Shown: positions 8,187 through 17,600 of the stretch, piece after piece
Layout of the letters: each line of letters starts with the position of its first letter
Position numbering within the stretch: position 1 is the first letter of the stretch
Assembly (NCBI GenBank): GCA_007378955.1
Contig: VMGY01000007.1
Coordinates: 8,644 to 72,643, forward strand
From: Parcubacteria group bacterium Athens0714_12
GTDB taxonomy: Bacteria; Patescibacteriota; Patescibacteriia; UBA2591; VMGY01
DNA: 64,000 nt
Direction of reading: 5' to 3'
Made by a program: the position numbers and the translations under genes
The notes under the pieces: model-generated
Database searches by the model: none
Seen by the model: the letters and a program-made list of their open reading frames with translations, nothing else
Told to the model about the DNA's origin: nothing

Positions 8187-9236
8187 TTATTTCAATTCCT
8201 GCGGATTGAACATATAGGCTAAAGCAATTTGCTTGTCAATTAATTTTTCACTGACGAGCCTTTTTAAATCTTGGTCCATACTGACCATACCTTCCTTAGC
8301 GGAAGTTTGAATCACGGCTTTTATTTGGGAAATTTTATTTTCCCTGATTAAATTTCCTACGGCCGGAGTGTTGATTAAAATTTCCCGCGAGGCGATTCGG
8401 CCATTGTCAATTCTGGGCAATAATTGCTGGGAAATCACTCCTTGCAGGGAAATGGATAATTGCAATCTAACTTGAGTTTGCTGGTGAGGAGGAAAAACAT
8501 CAATAATTCTGTCTATGGTTTGGGAAGCGTTTTGAGTGTGCAGAGTGGCTAAAATCAAATGCCCTGTTTCCGCTAAAGTCAAAGCAGTGCCGATAGTTTC
8601 CAAATCGCGCATTTCGCCGACCATAATTACATTCGGGTCCTCTCTGACTACATGTTTTAAAGCATCTCCAAAAGAGAGTATATCACTTCCTAATTGGCGC
8701 TGGCTGATGATGCTTTTTTTAGGAAGAAAAACATATTCAATCGGGTCTTCCATAGTAACTATATGGCATGAGCGTTCTTCATTGATTAAATTTATCATTG
8801 CCGCCAGAGAAGTGGATTTTCCGCAGCCAGTCGGTCCGGTGATTAAAACCAGCCCTTGATTTAAGCGGGCTAATTTATAAGCGATTTTAGGCATTAAAAT
8901 TTCTTCCATATTAGGAAGAGAAGGAAGGATAACTCTCGCCGCTAAAGCCAAATTGCTTTTTTCCCAATAAACATTTATTCTGAATCTGGCTATCCCGTCT
9001 GATTGGTATGAAGTGTCTAATTCTCTCCGAGCTATTAATTTTTCTTTTTCTTGCGAGGTCAGGATGGAAAAAATTATTTCTTGAATCGTGTCTTTGGTCA
9101 GAATATTAATTTTGTCAATTTCTTTCAATTGCCCGTCAATTCTTAAAACAGGCGGCTTGCCGACTATTAAATGAACGTCAGAAGCTTTATTTTGAGCGGC
9201 AATTTTGAAAATCTCGTTGAGGTTTAAATTTTTCAT
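8187..9236 (-). CDS. pilT: Type IV pilus retraction ATPase PilT
   Basis: ASDVHL..G.PP..RIDG, GPTGCGKSTSL, EDPIE, REDPNVIMVGEMRD, AETGHL..ATLHT. Confidence 0.95.
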   Translation of the reverse strand: MKNLNLNEIFKIAAQNKASDVHLIVGKPPVLRIDGQLKEIDKINILTKDTIQEIIFSILTSQEKEKLIARRELDTSYQSDGIARFRINVYWEKSNLALAARVILPSLPNMEEILMPKIAYKLARLNQGLVLITGPTGCGKSTSLAAMINLINEERSCHIVTMEDPIEYVFLPKKSIISQRQLGSDILSFGDALKHVVREDPNVIMVGEMRDLETIGTALTLAETGHLILATLHTQNASQTIDRIIDVFPPHQQTQVRLQLSISLQGVISQQLLPRIDNGRIASREILINTPAVGNLIRENKISQIKAVIQTSAKEGMVSMDQDLKRLVSEKLIDKQIALAYMFNPQELK

Positions 9237-9443
9237 AAATTTTAATTGAAGTTAAATTTTAAATATAGCCTTATTTTAACATAATATAAAATAATGGTAA
9301 ACTATTTATTTAATTAAATACCGGAATTATGCACAAAAGTCCAAAAATCATATTTTGACAATTTTTAATTCTTATTGCCTACTTTCATTTGATATGTTAG
9401 AATAAAACCATTAAATTTTATTAATTATTTATGAGGCATATTT

Positions 9444-10967
9444 ATGACAATTTTAGAATTTTTGTTTATTTTAGTAATTTTTGCGTTAAGCGTTATTATT
9501 GGTTACAATTTGCGAAGATTAATTGCTTCTAAAAAAGCTCTCTCCGCTGAAATCAGGGCGGAAAAATTAGTTTCTGAAGCAAAAGAAAAGCAAAAGGAAA
9601 TTTTATTTCAAGCCAAGGAAAAAGCTCTTAAATTATTAGAAGAAGCGGAAAAAGAAGAACAAAAAAGGAGAAGAGAATTAAATTATCTCCAGCAAAGATT
9701 ATCAAAGAGAGAATCTCTTTTTGACCAGAAATTGTTGGATTTGGAAAACAAACAGCAGCAGCTTTACGACAAGGCTGATAAAATAGAAAAATTAAAACAG
9801 GAAATTCAGGAGATAAAAAATGAACAGTCTGATAAATTGGAAAAAATCGCTAATTTTTCTAAAGAAGAAGCCAAAAAAGTCTTATTGGAAAACGTGGAAA
9901 AGGAAATTAAAGAGGAAATTGCTCAGAGAATAAGAAAGTTAGAAAGCCAATCGCAGGAAGAACTTGAAAAAAAGGCAAAACATTTATTAAGTTTGGCAAT
10001 AGAAAGATGTTCCACTTCCCACGCGGCCGAAACTACGACCAGCTTGCTTAGCATTCCTTCTGATGAAATGAAAGGAAGGATTATCGGCCGGGAAGGGAGA
10101 AATATAAAAGCCATAGAACAGTTGACTGGCGTGGAAATTATCGTTGATGACACGCCCGAAGCGATTTTAATTTCCGCTTTTAATCCTATCCGCCGCCAAG
10201 TGGCTAAAAAAGCTTTAGAAAAATTAATTTTAGACGGCAGAATTCATCCCGGCAGAATTGAAGAAAAGGTGGAAGAAGCGAAAAAAGAATTAGCTTTGGA
10301 AATAAAAAAAGCCGGCGAGGAAGCGGCGTATGAATTAGGCATTGCCGGTTTAGACCCAAAACTCATTCAGATCGTCGGAAGATTAAAATATAGAACCAGC
10401 TATGGACAAAATGTTTTGCAGCATAGCATAGAAGTGGCTCATTTATCCGCTCTTTTGGCCGGAGAATTAGGCGCCAATGTCAGCATTGCCAAAAAGGCCG
10501 GATTTTTGCATGATATCGGCAAAGCAATAGACCAGGAGACAGAAGGGACCCATCCGGAATTGGGCGCGGAAATAGCAAAAAAATTCAATCTTTCAGAAGA
10601 AATTATCGCGCCGATTTTAACTCACCATCAGGATAATCCGCCAACTTTGGAAGCGATTATCGTCAAATCAGCTGACGCGGTTTCAGGCGCTCGTCCGGGA
10701 GCGAGAAGGGATTCGTACGAGCAATACATAAAACGTTTGGAGGAATTAGAAAATTTGGCTAAAACTTTTGATGGCGTGGAGAGAGTTTACGCCATCCAGG
10801 CAGGCAGAGAAGTAAGGGTTTTTGTGACTCCTTCTAAAATTGACGACGCGCAAGCTTTGAAATTATCCCGCCAAATAGCCAACAAAATAGAACAAGAGCT
10901 GAAATATCCGGGCGAAATAAAAGTCGCGGTTATCAGGGAAACAAGAGTAATTGAGTACGCAAGATAA
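9444..10967 (+). CDS. rny: Ribonuclease Y
   Basis: N-terminal TM and coiled coil, KH (MKGRIIGREGRNI), HD (LHDIGK), YAIQAGREVRV. Confidence 0.98.
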   Translation: MTILEFLFILVIFALSVIIGYNLRRLIASKKALSAEIRAEKLVSEAKEKQKEILFQAKEKALKLLEEAEKEEQKRRRELNYLQQRLSKRESLFDQKLLDLENKQQQLYDKADKIEKLKQEIQEIKNEQSDKLEKIANFSKEEAKKVLLENVEKEIKEEIAQRIRKLESQSQEELEKKAKHLLSLAIERCSTSHAAETTTSLLSIPSDEMKGRIIGREGRNIKAIEQLTGVEIIVDDTPEAILISAFNPIRRQVAKKALEKLILDGRIHPGRIEEKVEEAKKELALEIKKAGEEAAYELGIAGLDPKLIQIVGRLKYRTSYGQNVLQHSIEVAHLSALLAGELGANVSIAKKAGFLHDIGKAIDQETEGTHPELGAEIAKKFNLSEEIIAPILTHHQDNPPTLEAIIVKSADAVSGARPGARRDSYEQYIKRLEELENLAKTFDGVERVYAIQAGREVRVFVTPSKIDDAQALKLSRQIANKIEQELKYPGEIKVAVIRETRVIEYAR

Positions 10968-10981
10968 TTATTTATAATTTT

Positions 10982-11782
10982 ATGAATTTAAGAGTTTTAA
11001 TCTTCGGCGATGTGATGGGAGGAATCGGCAGAAAAGCGATAGCCAAAATATTGCCTAAATTAAAAAAAGAGCTTAAGCCGGATTTAATCATCGCTAACGC
11101 GGAAAATATCGCTCATGGCAAAGGCATTACCCAAAAAACTTTGGAAGAATTGAAAAAAGCCGGAGTGGATTTTTTTACTTCCGGCGACCATGTCTTTGAT
11201 AAAAAAGAAATCATTCCGGTTTTGGAGGATAAAAATTCTCCTCTTATCAGGCCGGCGAATTATCCGCCGCTTGCTTCCGGCTTTGGCTATAAAATAGTTG
11301 AAATCGGCATAAGAAAAATTTTGATGATAAATTTAATTGGCCGGGTTTTTATGAAAGGCGACTATGACTGCCCTTTCAGAAAATTCGATCAGATTTTAGA
11401 AGAAACAAAAAATGAAAAATTGAACGCGGTGATTGTGGATTTTCATACCGAAGCGACTTCGGAAATAAGGGCTTTTAGTTTTTATGCTGATGGCAGAGCA
11501 AGTATAGTGTTTGGAACCCACACTCATGTTCCTACATCCGACAATCAGATTTTAGCGGAAGGAACCGGGTATGTTTCAGATGTGGGAATGGCGGGAGCGA
11601 AAGATTCTGTTTTGGGCGTGGACAAAGAGAATATTATCAAAAATTTTTTAACCCAAATGCCGTTTGAACATCAAATTCCTGAAACCGGCAAAGCGATTAT
11701 CAACGCGATTTTTTTAGAAATCAATCCTAAAAATAAAAAAGCGGAAAAAATCAAAAGGGTTGATAAAGAAGTGGAAATTTAA
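10982..11782 (+). CDS. ymdB: YmdB-like metallophosphoesterase (TIGR00282)
   Basis: GDVMG, NAENIAHGKG, DFHTEATSE, GTHTHV, DVGM.G; canonical position after rny. Confidence 0.93.
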   Translation: MNLRVLIFGDVMGGIGRKAIAKILPKLKKELKPDLIIANAENIAHGKGITQKTLEELKKAGVDFFTSGDHVFDKKEIIPVLEDKNSPLIRPANYPPLASGFGYKIVEIGIRKILMINLIGRVFMKGDYDCPFRKFDQILEETKNEKLNAVIVDFHTEATSEIRAFSFYADGRASIVFGTHTHVPTSDNQILAEGTGYVSDVGMAGAKDSVLGVDKENIIKNFLTQMPFEHQIPETGKAIINAIFLEINPKNKKAEKIKRVDKEVEI

Positions 11783-11825
11783 TAGAATTTAAAAAATAAT
11801 TTGTCAGATTAAAATTTTGGTTACA

Positions 11826-11867
11826 GCCCGCCTTCGTCCTTCGCTTTCAGTCCAGGTTTCGGCGGGC
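11826..11867 (+). repeat. GC-rich palindromic repeat (CCTTCG...TTCGG architecture) upstream of HU
   Basis: gcccgccttcgtcc...ggtttcggcgggc; same architecture at 57120-57160. Confidence 0.6.
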
Positions 11868-11927
11868 GCTCAATTTTGTAACCAAATTAAAAATTTGGAC
11901 AAAATTGGCGAAAGGGGGTGAAAATAA

Positions 11928-12200
11928 ATGAATAAAACTGAATTATGCGATAAAATTTCCGAGAAAGAGAATTTGCCTCGAGCCCAAGCTAATAGAGTGG
12001 TGGAATTAATTATTGAAACTATTATTTCCACTTTAAAATCAGGCGATGAAGTGGCTTTAACCGGTTTTGGCACTTTTTCCGCCAAAAATAGAGCCGCCCG
12101 CCAGGGCGTTAATCCTAAAACAGGAGAAAAACTTCAAATTCCGGCGATGACCGTGCCTAAATTCAAAGCAGGCAAATTTTTGAAAGACGCGTTGAAATAA
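11928..12200 (+). CDS. hup: HU family DNA-binding protein
   Basis: MNKTEL, GFGTF...R.AR.G.NPKTGE.L.IPA..VPKFKAGK.LKDA. Confidence 0.97.
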   Translation: MNKTELCDKISEKENLPRAQANRVVELIIETIISTLKSGDEVALTGFGTFSAKNRAARQGVNPKTGEKLQIPAMTVPKFKAGKFLKDALK

Positions 12201-12227
12201 AATAGATATTCATTTCAGATAAAAGCT

Positions 12228-12273
12228 AAAAATCCATACTTTAAAAATTTTAAATTTTTAAGTATGGATTTTT
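12228..12273 (+). terminator. Intrinsic terminator after hup
   Basis: aaaaatccatactt...aagtatggattttt stem-loop. Confidence 0.65.
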
Positions 12274-12355
12274 ATTAACAAAAAAATAAAATTTAATTTT
12301 TTAAAATTTATTCAACGATAAAAGTTATAAAATCATTTTATTTTATTAAAAAATT

Positions 12356-12931
12356 ATGATACATTTGAATTTAGACAAGATGATGGCATTAAAAATCAGT
12401 GATAAAAATATAGAAAAAGCGAGAAAGATAATCAAAAAAGGAGGCGTGATTATTTATCCCACGGACACGCTTTACGGCTTAGGAACGGATATTTTTAATT
12501 TGGAAGCAATTGGAAAAATTTTTAAAATTAAAAAAAGGGATTTTGGAAAACCGATTTCAGTAATGGTTTCTGATTTTGAAGAAATAAAAAAACTGGCCTT
12601 TGTGGGCAGGAAGCAGAAAGAAAAAATCAAAGAATTATTGCCCGGTCCTTATACAATTATTTTAAAAAAGAAAAAAATTGTTTCCGGCCTTCTGACCGCG
12701 GGGAGTAGTAAAGTGGGAATTAGGATTCCTGACAATGAATTTTGCCGGGCCTTAGCCAAAGATTTGCCGATCACCACCACCAGCGCCAATATTTCAGGCG
12801 AAAAAGATTTTAATTTTAAAAAATTAAAAGGCGTGGATTTGATTTTTACCGGCGGGAAAATCAGCGGCGAAGCTTCCACGATCATTGATTTAACTAAAAG
12901 GCCGTTTAAAATTTTAGAAAGAAAAAGATGA
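12356..12931 (+). CDS. tsaC: L-threonylcarbamoyladenylate synthase (Sua5/YrdC/TsaC)
   Basis: IYPTDTLYGLG, IKKR...KP, PGPYT, GIRIP, TTTSANISG, STIID. Confidence 0.93.
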   Translation: MIHLNLDKMMALKISDKNIEKARKIIKKGGVIIYPTDTLYGLGTDIFNLEAIGKIFKIKKRDFGKPISVMVSDFEEIKKLAFVGRKQKEKIKELLPGPYTIILKKKKIVSGLLTAGSSKVGIRIPDNEFCRALAKDLPITTTSANISGEKDFNFKKLKGVDLIFTGGKISGEASTIIDLTKRPFKILERKR

Positions 12932-13866
12932 TAAAAAAGAAAAAAATCAGAGCGATTGTTTTGTTTTCCGGCGGCCTGGATTCTATTTTGGCGATTAAAA
13001 TTTTGGAAAAACAAAAAATAGAAATTCTGGCTTTGATTTTTGAAAGTTATTTTTTTAACGGCGAGGAGGCGGAAAAAATCGCCAAAGAATTAAAATTTAA
13101 TTTTAGGATTTTTGATTTTTCCGAAGAACATTTGAAGATGGTAAAAAATCCAAAATACGGCTATGGCAGGGCAATGAATCCTTGCGTGGATTGCCACGCC
13201 TTAATGTTGAAAAAAGCCAAGGAAATAATGGAAAAAGAAAAATTTGATTTTGTCGCCACGGGCGAAGTTTTGGGCGAGCGGCCGATGAGCCAGAACGCCG
13301 GCGCGCTTAAATTAATAGAAAAACAATCCGCTTTGGATGGTTATTTGATCAGGCCTTTATCGGCGAAACTTTTAATTGAGTCAATTCCTGAAAAATCAGG
13401 CTGGATAAAAAGAAGCGAGCTTTTGGACATTTCCGGCCGGTCAAGAAAAAGGCAAATTGCTTTAGCTGAAGAATTCGCCATAAAAAATTATCCTTCTCCT
13501 GCCGGCGGCTGTCTTTTGACTGAATCGGCATTTGGGGAACGTTTAAAAAAACTTTTAATCAATTGCCCGAATTGCGGGGGCAATGACATAGAATTATTAA
13601 AATCAGGCAGGCATTTATGGGAAAATGGGGCGAAGATAATAATAGGCAGGAACAAAGATGAAAATGAAAAATTGGGGGAAAGCGCGAAAAAGGGCGATAT
13701 TTTAATTCAATTAAAAGATTATCCCGGGCCTTTGACGATTATTAGGAATTATCAAAAAGGAAAAATTAAAAAAGAAATTTTGGATAAAGCGAGAGAATTA
13801 ACTCAATATTATTCTCTTAAGGCAAGAAATAAAAAAGATTTAAAATTTAAAGAAAAGATTTTTTAA
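12928..13866 (+). CDS. ThiI-like tRNA thiolase (PP-loop)
   Basis: LFSGGLDS PP-loop, NPCVDCH, TGEVLGERPMSQ, PSPAGGCLLT. Confidence 0.85.
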   Translation: MIKKKKIRAIVLFSGGLDSILAIKILEKQKIEILALIFESYFFNGEEAEKIAKELKFNFRIFDFSEEHLKMVKNPKYGYGRAMNPCVDCHALMLKKAKEIMEKEKFDFVATGEVLGERPMSQNAGALKLIEKQSALDGYLIRPLSAKLLIESIPEKSGWIKRSELLDISGRSRKRQIALAEEFAIKNYPSPAGGCLLTESAFGERLKKLLINCPNCGGNDIELLKSGRHLWENGAKIIIGRNKDENEKLGESAKKGDILIQLKDYPGPLTIIRNYQKGKIKKEILDKARELTQYYSLKARNKKDLKFKEKIF

Positions 13867-13881
13867 AGCGCAATTAAATTT

Positions 13882-13991
13882 TATTATCAAGCGAGCGAGA
13901 GAAGTGATATGCCTTAAAGCATATCACTTCCGAGCGAGCGCGGATAATACAGGGTTAATACCCCGTCAGCTTGCTCCGGGGTTTAATACCC
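13882..13991. repeat. Composite palindromic remnant
   Basis: Perfect 12-bp stem gaagtgatatgc/gcatatcacttc flanked by cgagcgag units and tattatc/gataata, then ccccgtcagcttgctccgggg hairpin. Confidence 0.7.
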
Positions 13992-14100
13992 TTTATTTTG
14001 TGGTAGAATAAAGTCAAATGAATTTTATATGTTCGAATAAAAAAATTCATCCGCGAATATTGAAGCATTTAAAAAATATTTAAACGCGGAATTTTGAAGT

Positions 14101-15579
14101 ATGAAGAACTTGGTTATTTTACTAATTATTCTTGTTTTGATATTTTTAGCCTTATTTTTCATGCCTCATAAAGAAAATATGCCCAAAAAAGAATTATCCG
14201 TTAGAGAGTGCGTGGCGGCCGGAATGTTTTATCCCGCGGAAAAAGAAATTTTAGAAAAGCAAATTAAAGATTTTTTGGCGCGAGTGAAAAAAACGGAAAA
14301 TAACCCTAAAATTTTAATTGTTCCCCATGCCGGCTATGATTATTCCGGCCAAGTTGCCGCTTACGCTTTCAAACAATTGGAAGGGGAAAATTTTGAAAGA
14401 GTTGTTTTAATCGGGCCTTCTCATTACGATTATTTTGACGGCCTCGCGCTTTCCGAAGATGATTTTTGGCAGACGCCTTTGGGAAAAGCGGAAGTGGACC
14501 ATAATTTTTATCAAGAATTATTAAAAGAAAATAAAAATATTTTTTATCGCCAAATCAGCCATCAGCAAGAGCATAGCTTGGAAGTTGAACTGCCGTTTTT
14601 ACAAACTGTTTTAAAAGATTTTAAAATCGCGCCGATTATGATCAGCGGTTTAAACGCGGAAATTTTAGCTGAAGCGCTAAAGAATTTAATAGATGAAAAA
14701 ACTTTGGTTGTAATTTCTTCGGATTTATCGCATTACCCGCCCTATGAAATCGCCAATCAAACAGATAAAAAAACGATTGAAGCGATTTTAAGCGGCAAGG
14801 CGGAAAATTTTGAAAAAGCAATTCAAGAATCAATGAGCCAAAATTCAGAAAACTTGGATACTTGCGCCTGCGGCGGAGAGCCAATAAAAACAGCTTTGCT
14901 TTTAGCCAGAGATTTAGAGATTAAAGATATTAAACTTTTAAAATACGCTAATTCCGGCGATACAAGCAACGATTATTCAAAAGTTGTGGGATACGCGAGT
15001 ATTATTTTTTCAAAAAATGATGAAGATTTTTTGTCTGAAACGGAAAAACAAGAGCTTTTAAAAATCGCCCGCCAAAGCATTGAGAATTATTTTAAAGGAA
15101 ATAAAATGTTGGAATTTGAAGTTGCTTTTAAAAGATTGAAACAGCCGCAAGGGGCTTTTGTAACTTTAAGAAAAGGACAGCAATTAAGAGGATGCATCGG
15201 CATCATTGAAGAAAGGGAAATGCCTTTATATAAAGTGGTGTCGCAAATGGCGATTGCCGCGGCTTTTGAAGACCCGCGATTTATTCCGGTTAGCGCGCAA
15301 GAAATGGATGAGCTTAAAATCGAAATTTCCGTTTTATCGCCTTTGAAAAAAATCAGCGACCCGTTTAAGGAAATTGAAATCAACAAGCATGGCGTGATTA
15401 TAAAAAAAGGTTCTAATTCCGGCGTGTTTTTGCCGCAGGTTGCCGCGGAAAATAATTGGGATTTGGAAACTTTTATGAACGAGCTTTGCCAAAACAAAGC
15501 CGGTTTGCCGAAAACCATCTGGAAAACCGGCAAAGCGGATATTTATATTTTTAGCGCTGAAATTTTTGAGGAGAAATAA
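14101..15579 (+). CDS. AmmeMemoRadiSam protein B (MEMO1) fused to protein A (AMMECR1), with N-terminal membrane anchor
   Basis: VAAGMFYP, VPHAGYDYSG, EHSLEVELPFLQ, SSDLSHY, then GAFVTL...LRGCIG, EDPRF, GVFLPQVA. Confidence 0.93.
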   Translation: MKNLVILLIILVLIFLALFFMPHKENMPKKELSVRECVAAGMFYPAEKEILEKQIKDFLARVKKTENNPKILIVPHAGYDYSGQVAAYAFKQLEGENFERVVLIGPSHYDYFDGLALSEDDFWQTPLGKAEVDHNFYQELLKENKNIFYRQISHQQEHSLEVELPFLQTVLKDFKIAPIMISGLNAEILAEALKNLIDEKTLVVISSDLSHYPPYEIANQTDKKTIEAILSGKAENFEKAIQESMSQNSENLDTCACGGEPIKTALLLARDLEIKDIKLLKYANSGDTSNDYSKVVGYASIIFSKNDEDFLSETEKQELLKIARQSIENYFKGNKMLEFEVAFKRLKQPQGAFVTLRKGQQLRGCIGIIEEREMPLYKVVSQMAIAAAFEDPRFIPVSAQEMDELKIEISVLSPLKKISDPFKEIEINKHGVIIKKGSNSGVFLPQVAAENNWDLETFMNELCQNKAGLPKTIWKTGKADIYIFSAEIFEEK

Positions 15580-17325
15580 ATGAAAGAATCAAAATTAAAA
15601 AAATATCAGCAGAAAAGAAAATTTGAAATCACGCCGGAGCCGGAAGGAAAGATAGAAAAAAGCGAATTAAAAAGGTTTGTCGTCCATAAACACCAAGCTC
15701 GGCATTTGCACTATGATTTTCGTCTGGAAATGGAGGGTGTCTTAAAATCTTGGGCCGTGCCCAAAGGAGTGCCGGAGAAGCCAAATGTAAAAAGACTTGC
15801 CATTGAAGTAGAAAATCATCCGGTTTGTTTGGCTCCTTTTACAAAAGTTAATGCCCCGGGAGGCGAAAAAAGTATTAGAAAAAATTTTTCTAAAATTTTT
15901 TCTTATAATTTTCAAAATAGGAAAGTAGAATCTAAAAAAATAACAGCTTTTTCTAAAAGAGAAATAAATAATGATGAAATTACTTTATATTTTCATCAGG
16001 GAAAACCATTAAAAAAATTGTGTTGTACCCTGAATCATGAAATATTTGCTCCTCAAGGTAAAAAACAAGCATTTCAACTTAAAAAAGATGATTTTATTTT
16101 TATTTTAAAAGAGACATTTCAAAAAAGGAAGAAGGAGTTACTTTTAGGTATGCTTTTGGGAGATGCGGGATTAGAAAGCAACGGTTCTTACAGTAACACA
16201 GCCATTGTTTCTTTTACCCACTCTATTTCTCAAAGAGATTATTTACTTACAAAATGCAGACTGCTTAATTTAAAATTTCATTTTCAGAATTATCCTTCAA
16301 AAATACAAAGAATTAAAAATTATACTGCCTACTTTAAACCATCAATCAGGGCGGTGAGTAAGACTTACCCTTTTCTTTATGATCTTTATCTACTTTGTTA
16401 TAAAAACGGAAGAAAAACTCTTACTAAAGAATGGCTAAATCAATTAAGTGAAGTTTCTCTGGCTTATTTTTATCTCGACGACGGCAGTTTATTAAAAGAT
16501 AAAAATAAAATGAACATTCATGCTATAGAGCTATCTACCCAAGGATTTACAAAGAAAGAACAGTTATTACTTAAAGAAGTGATAGAAAAAAAATTTGGTC
16601 TTAAGACTAATATATATCGAATAAATAGTGGAAGCGGTTGGAGGTTAAGAATTTCTAGCGTAAAAAAATTTTTTTCTTTAATTTCCCCATGGATTCCTTT
16701 AAAAATTATGGATTATAAGATAGGTAAGCATTGTCCTGTTTGTGGAAATTCAGTCCCTGGTTTTAAAAATCATTTTTGTTCTTATTGTTTGTTGAATTAT
16801 TTAAGAAAATTAAAATATCCTTCTTATGCCGATTATTGTAGGTTGAGGTATTATGAGAAAAGAGGTGGCGTTGCCCCAAAAACTTTTCAGAATTATTTTG
16901 GAAGTTGGGCTAACGCCATTAAATTAGCAAAAGAAAATAAATTAGTAGTTTCAGGCCAGAGGGGGAGTAAAGTAAAAGAAATTAAAAATGAAAGAATGAA
17001 AAAGGATATAGGAATAGCCAAAATCAGAGAGATTAGAAAAAAATGGAATCCCGAAAGAAAGTATGCACATGATATTCAAGTTAAGGATAATCATAATTTT
17101 TTTGCAAATGGAGTTTTGGTAGGAAATTCTTACATTGATTTTTTTGGCGTTATTCCCGAAGGTTCTTACGGCGCCGGCAACGTGGAAATTTGGGACAAGG
17201 GAGAATATGAATTATTGGAGAAAAGCAAAAAAACGATTAAATTCAGATTAAAGGGCGAAAAATTAAAAGGCGAATATATTTTGGTTTTAATGAAAGAAAA
17301 TAACTGGCTGATTTATAAATTGTAA
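15580..17325 (+). CDS. Stand-alone LigD 3'-phosphoesterase (PE) domain protein interrupted by an intein
   Basis: KRKF..TPEP, FVVHKHQARHLHYDFRLE..GVLKSWAVPKG, ENHP|SYIDF.G.IP.G.YGAG.V.IWD.G.Y. Confidence 0.92.
   Translation: MKESKLKKYQQKRKFEITPEPEGKIEKSELKRFVVHKHQARHLHYDFRLEMEGVLKSWAVPKGVPEKPNVKRLAIEVENHPVCLAPFTKVNAPGGEKSIRKNFSKIFSYNFQNRKVESKKITAFSKREINNDEITLYFHQGKPLKKLCCTLNHEIFAPQGKKQAFQLKKDDFIFILKETFQKRKKELLLGMLLGDAGLESNGSYSNTAIVSFTHSISQRDYLLTKCRLLNLKFHFQNYPSKIQRIKNYTAYFKPSIRAVSKTYPFLYDLYLLCYKNGRKTLTKEWLNQLSEVSLAYFYLDDGSLLKDKNKMNIHAIELSTQGFTKKEQLLLKEVIEKKFGLKTNIYRINSGSGWRLRISSVKKFFSLISPWIPLKIMDYKIGKHCPVCGNSVPGFKNHFCSYCLLNYLRKLKYPSYADYCRLRYYEKRGGVAPKTFQNYFGSWANAIKLAKENKLVVSGQRGSKVKEIKNERMKKDIGIAKIREIRKKWNPERKYAHDIQVKDNHNFFANGVLVGNSYIDFFGVIPEGSYGAGNVEIWDKGEYELLEKSKKTIKFRLKGEKLKGEYILVLMKENNWLIYKL
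15826..17127 (+). mobile_element. 434-aa intein with LAGLIDADG homing endonuclease
   Basis: Block A CLAPFTKV, block B CTLNHEIF, LLGMLLGDAGL and LAYFYLDDGS, block F/G HDIQVKDNHNFFANGVLVGN, +1 Ser. Confidence 0.93.
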
Positions 17326-17398
17326 AAAAGTTTGAGATTGATTTTTTTTAAATAATAATTTATTATGTTATTAATCAAATTTTTTATTGATTAAATTC

Positions 17399-17473
17399 GC
17401 GGGTATCGTATAGCGGCTATTATATCTCCTTGCCAAGGAGAAGATACGGGTTCGACTCCCGTTACCCGCTCCA
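17399..17473 (+). tRNA. tRNA-Gly(GCC)
   Basis: Anticodon arm tctcc-ttGCCaa-ggaga; GGTTCGACTCC; encoded CCA. Confidence 0.96.
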
Positions 17474-17509
17474 AGATTTGACCTATAAGTCAATTTTACT
17501 CTACTTGAC

Positions 17510-17518
17510 TGTGGATAA
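17510..17518 (-). promoter_or_regulatory. Perfect DnaA box
   Basis: tgtggataa = TTATCCACA on the minus strand. Confidence 0.5.
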
Positions 17519-17600
17519 GAATTTACTGACCTTTTGGTCTTTTTTTATTGCGTAATTATTTGCAAGAAAAAAGCTATTTGATAGAATTAAAAGAATAGCT

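Noticed and set aside
14078-14666. Short direct repeat tttaaacgcggaa upstream of and inside amrB
   Set aside because: 13 bp, AT-rich and without associated structure; plausibly chance.
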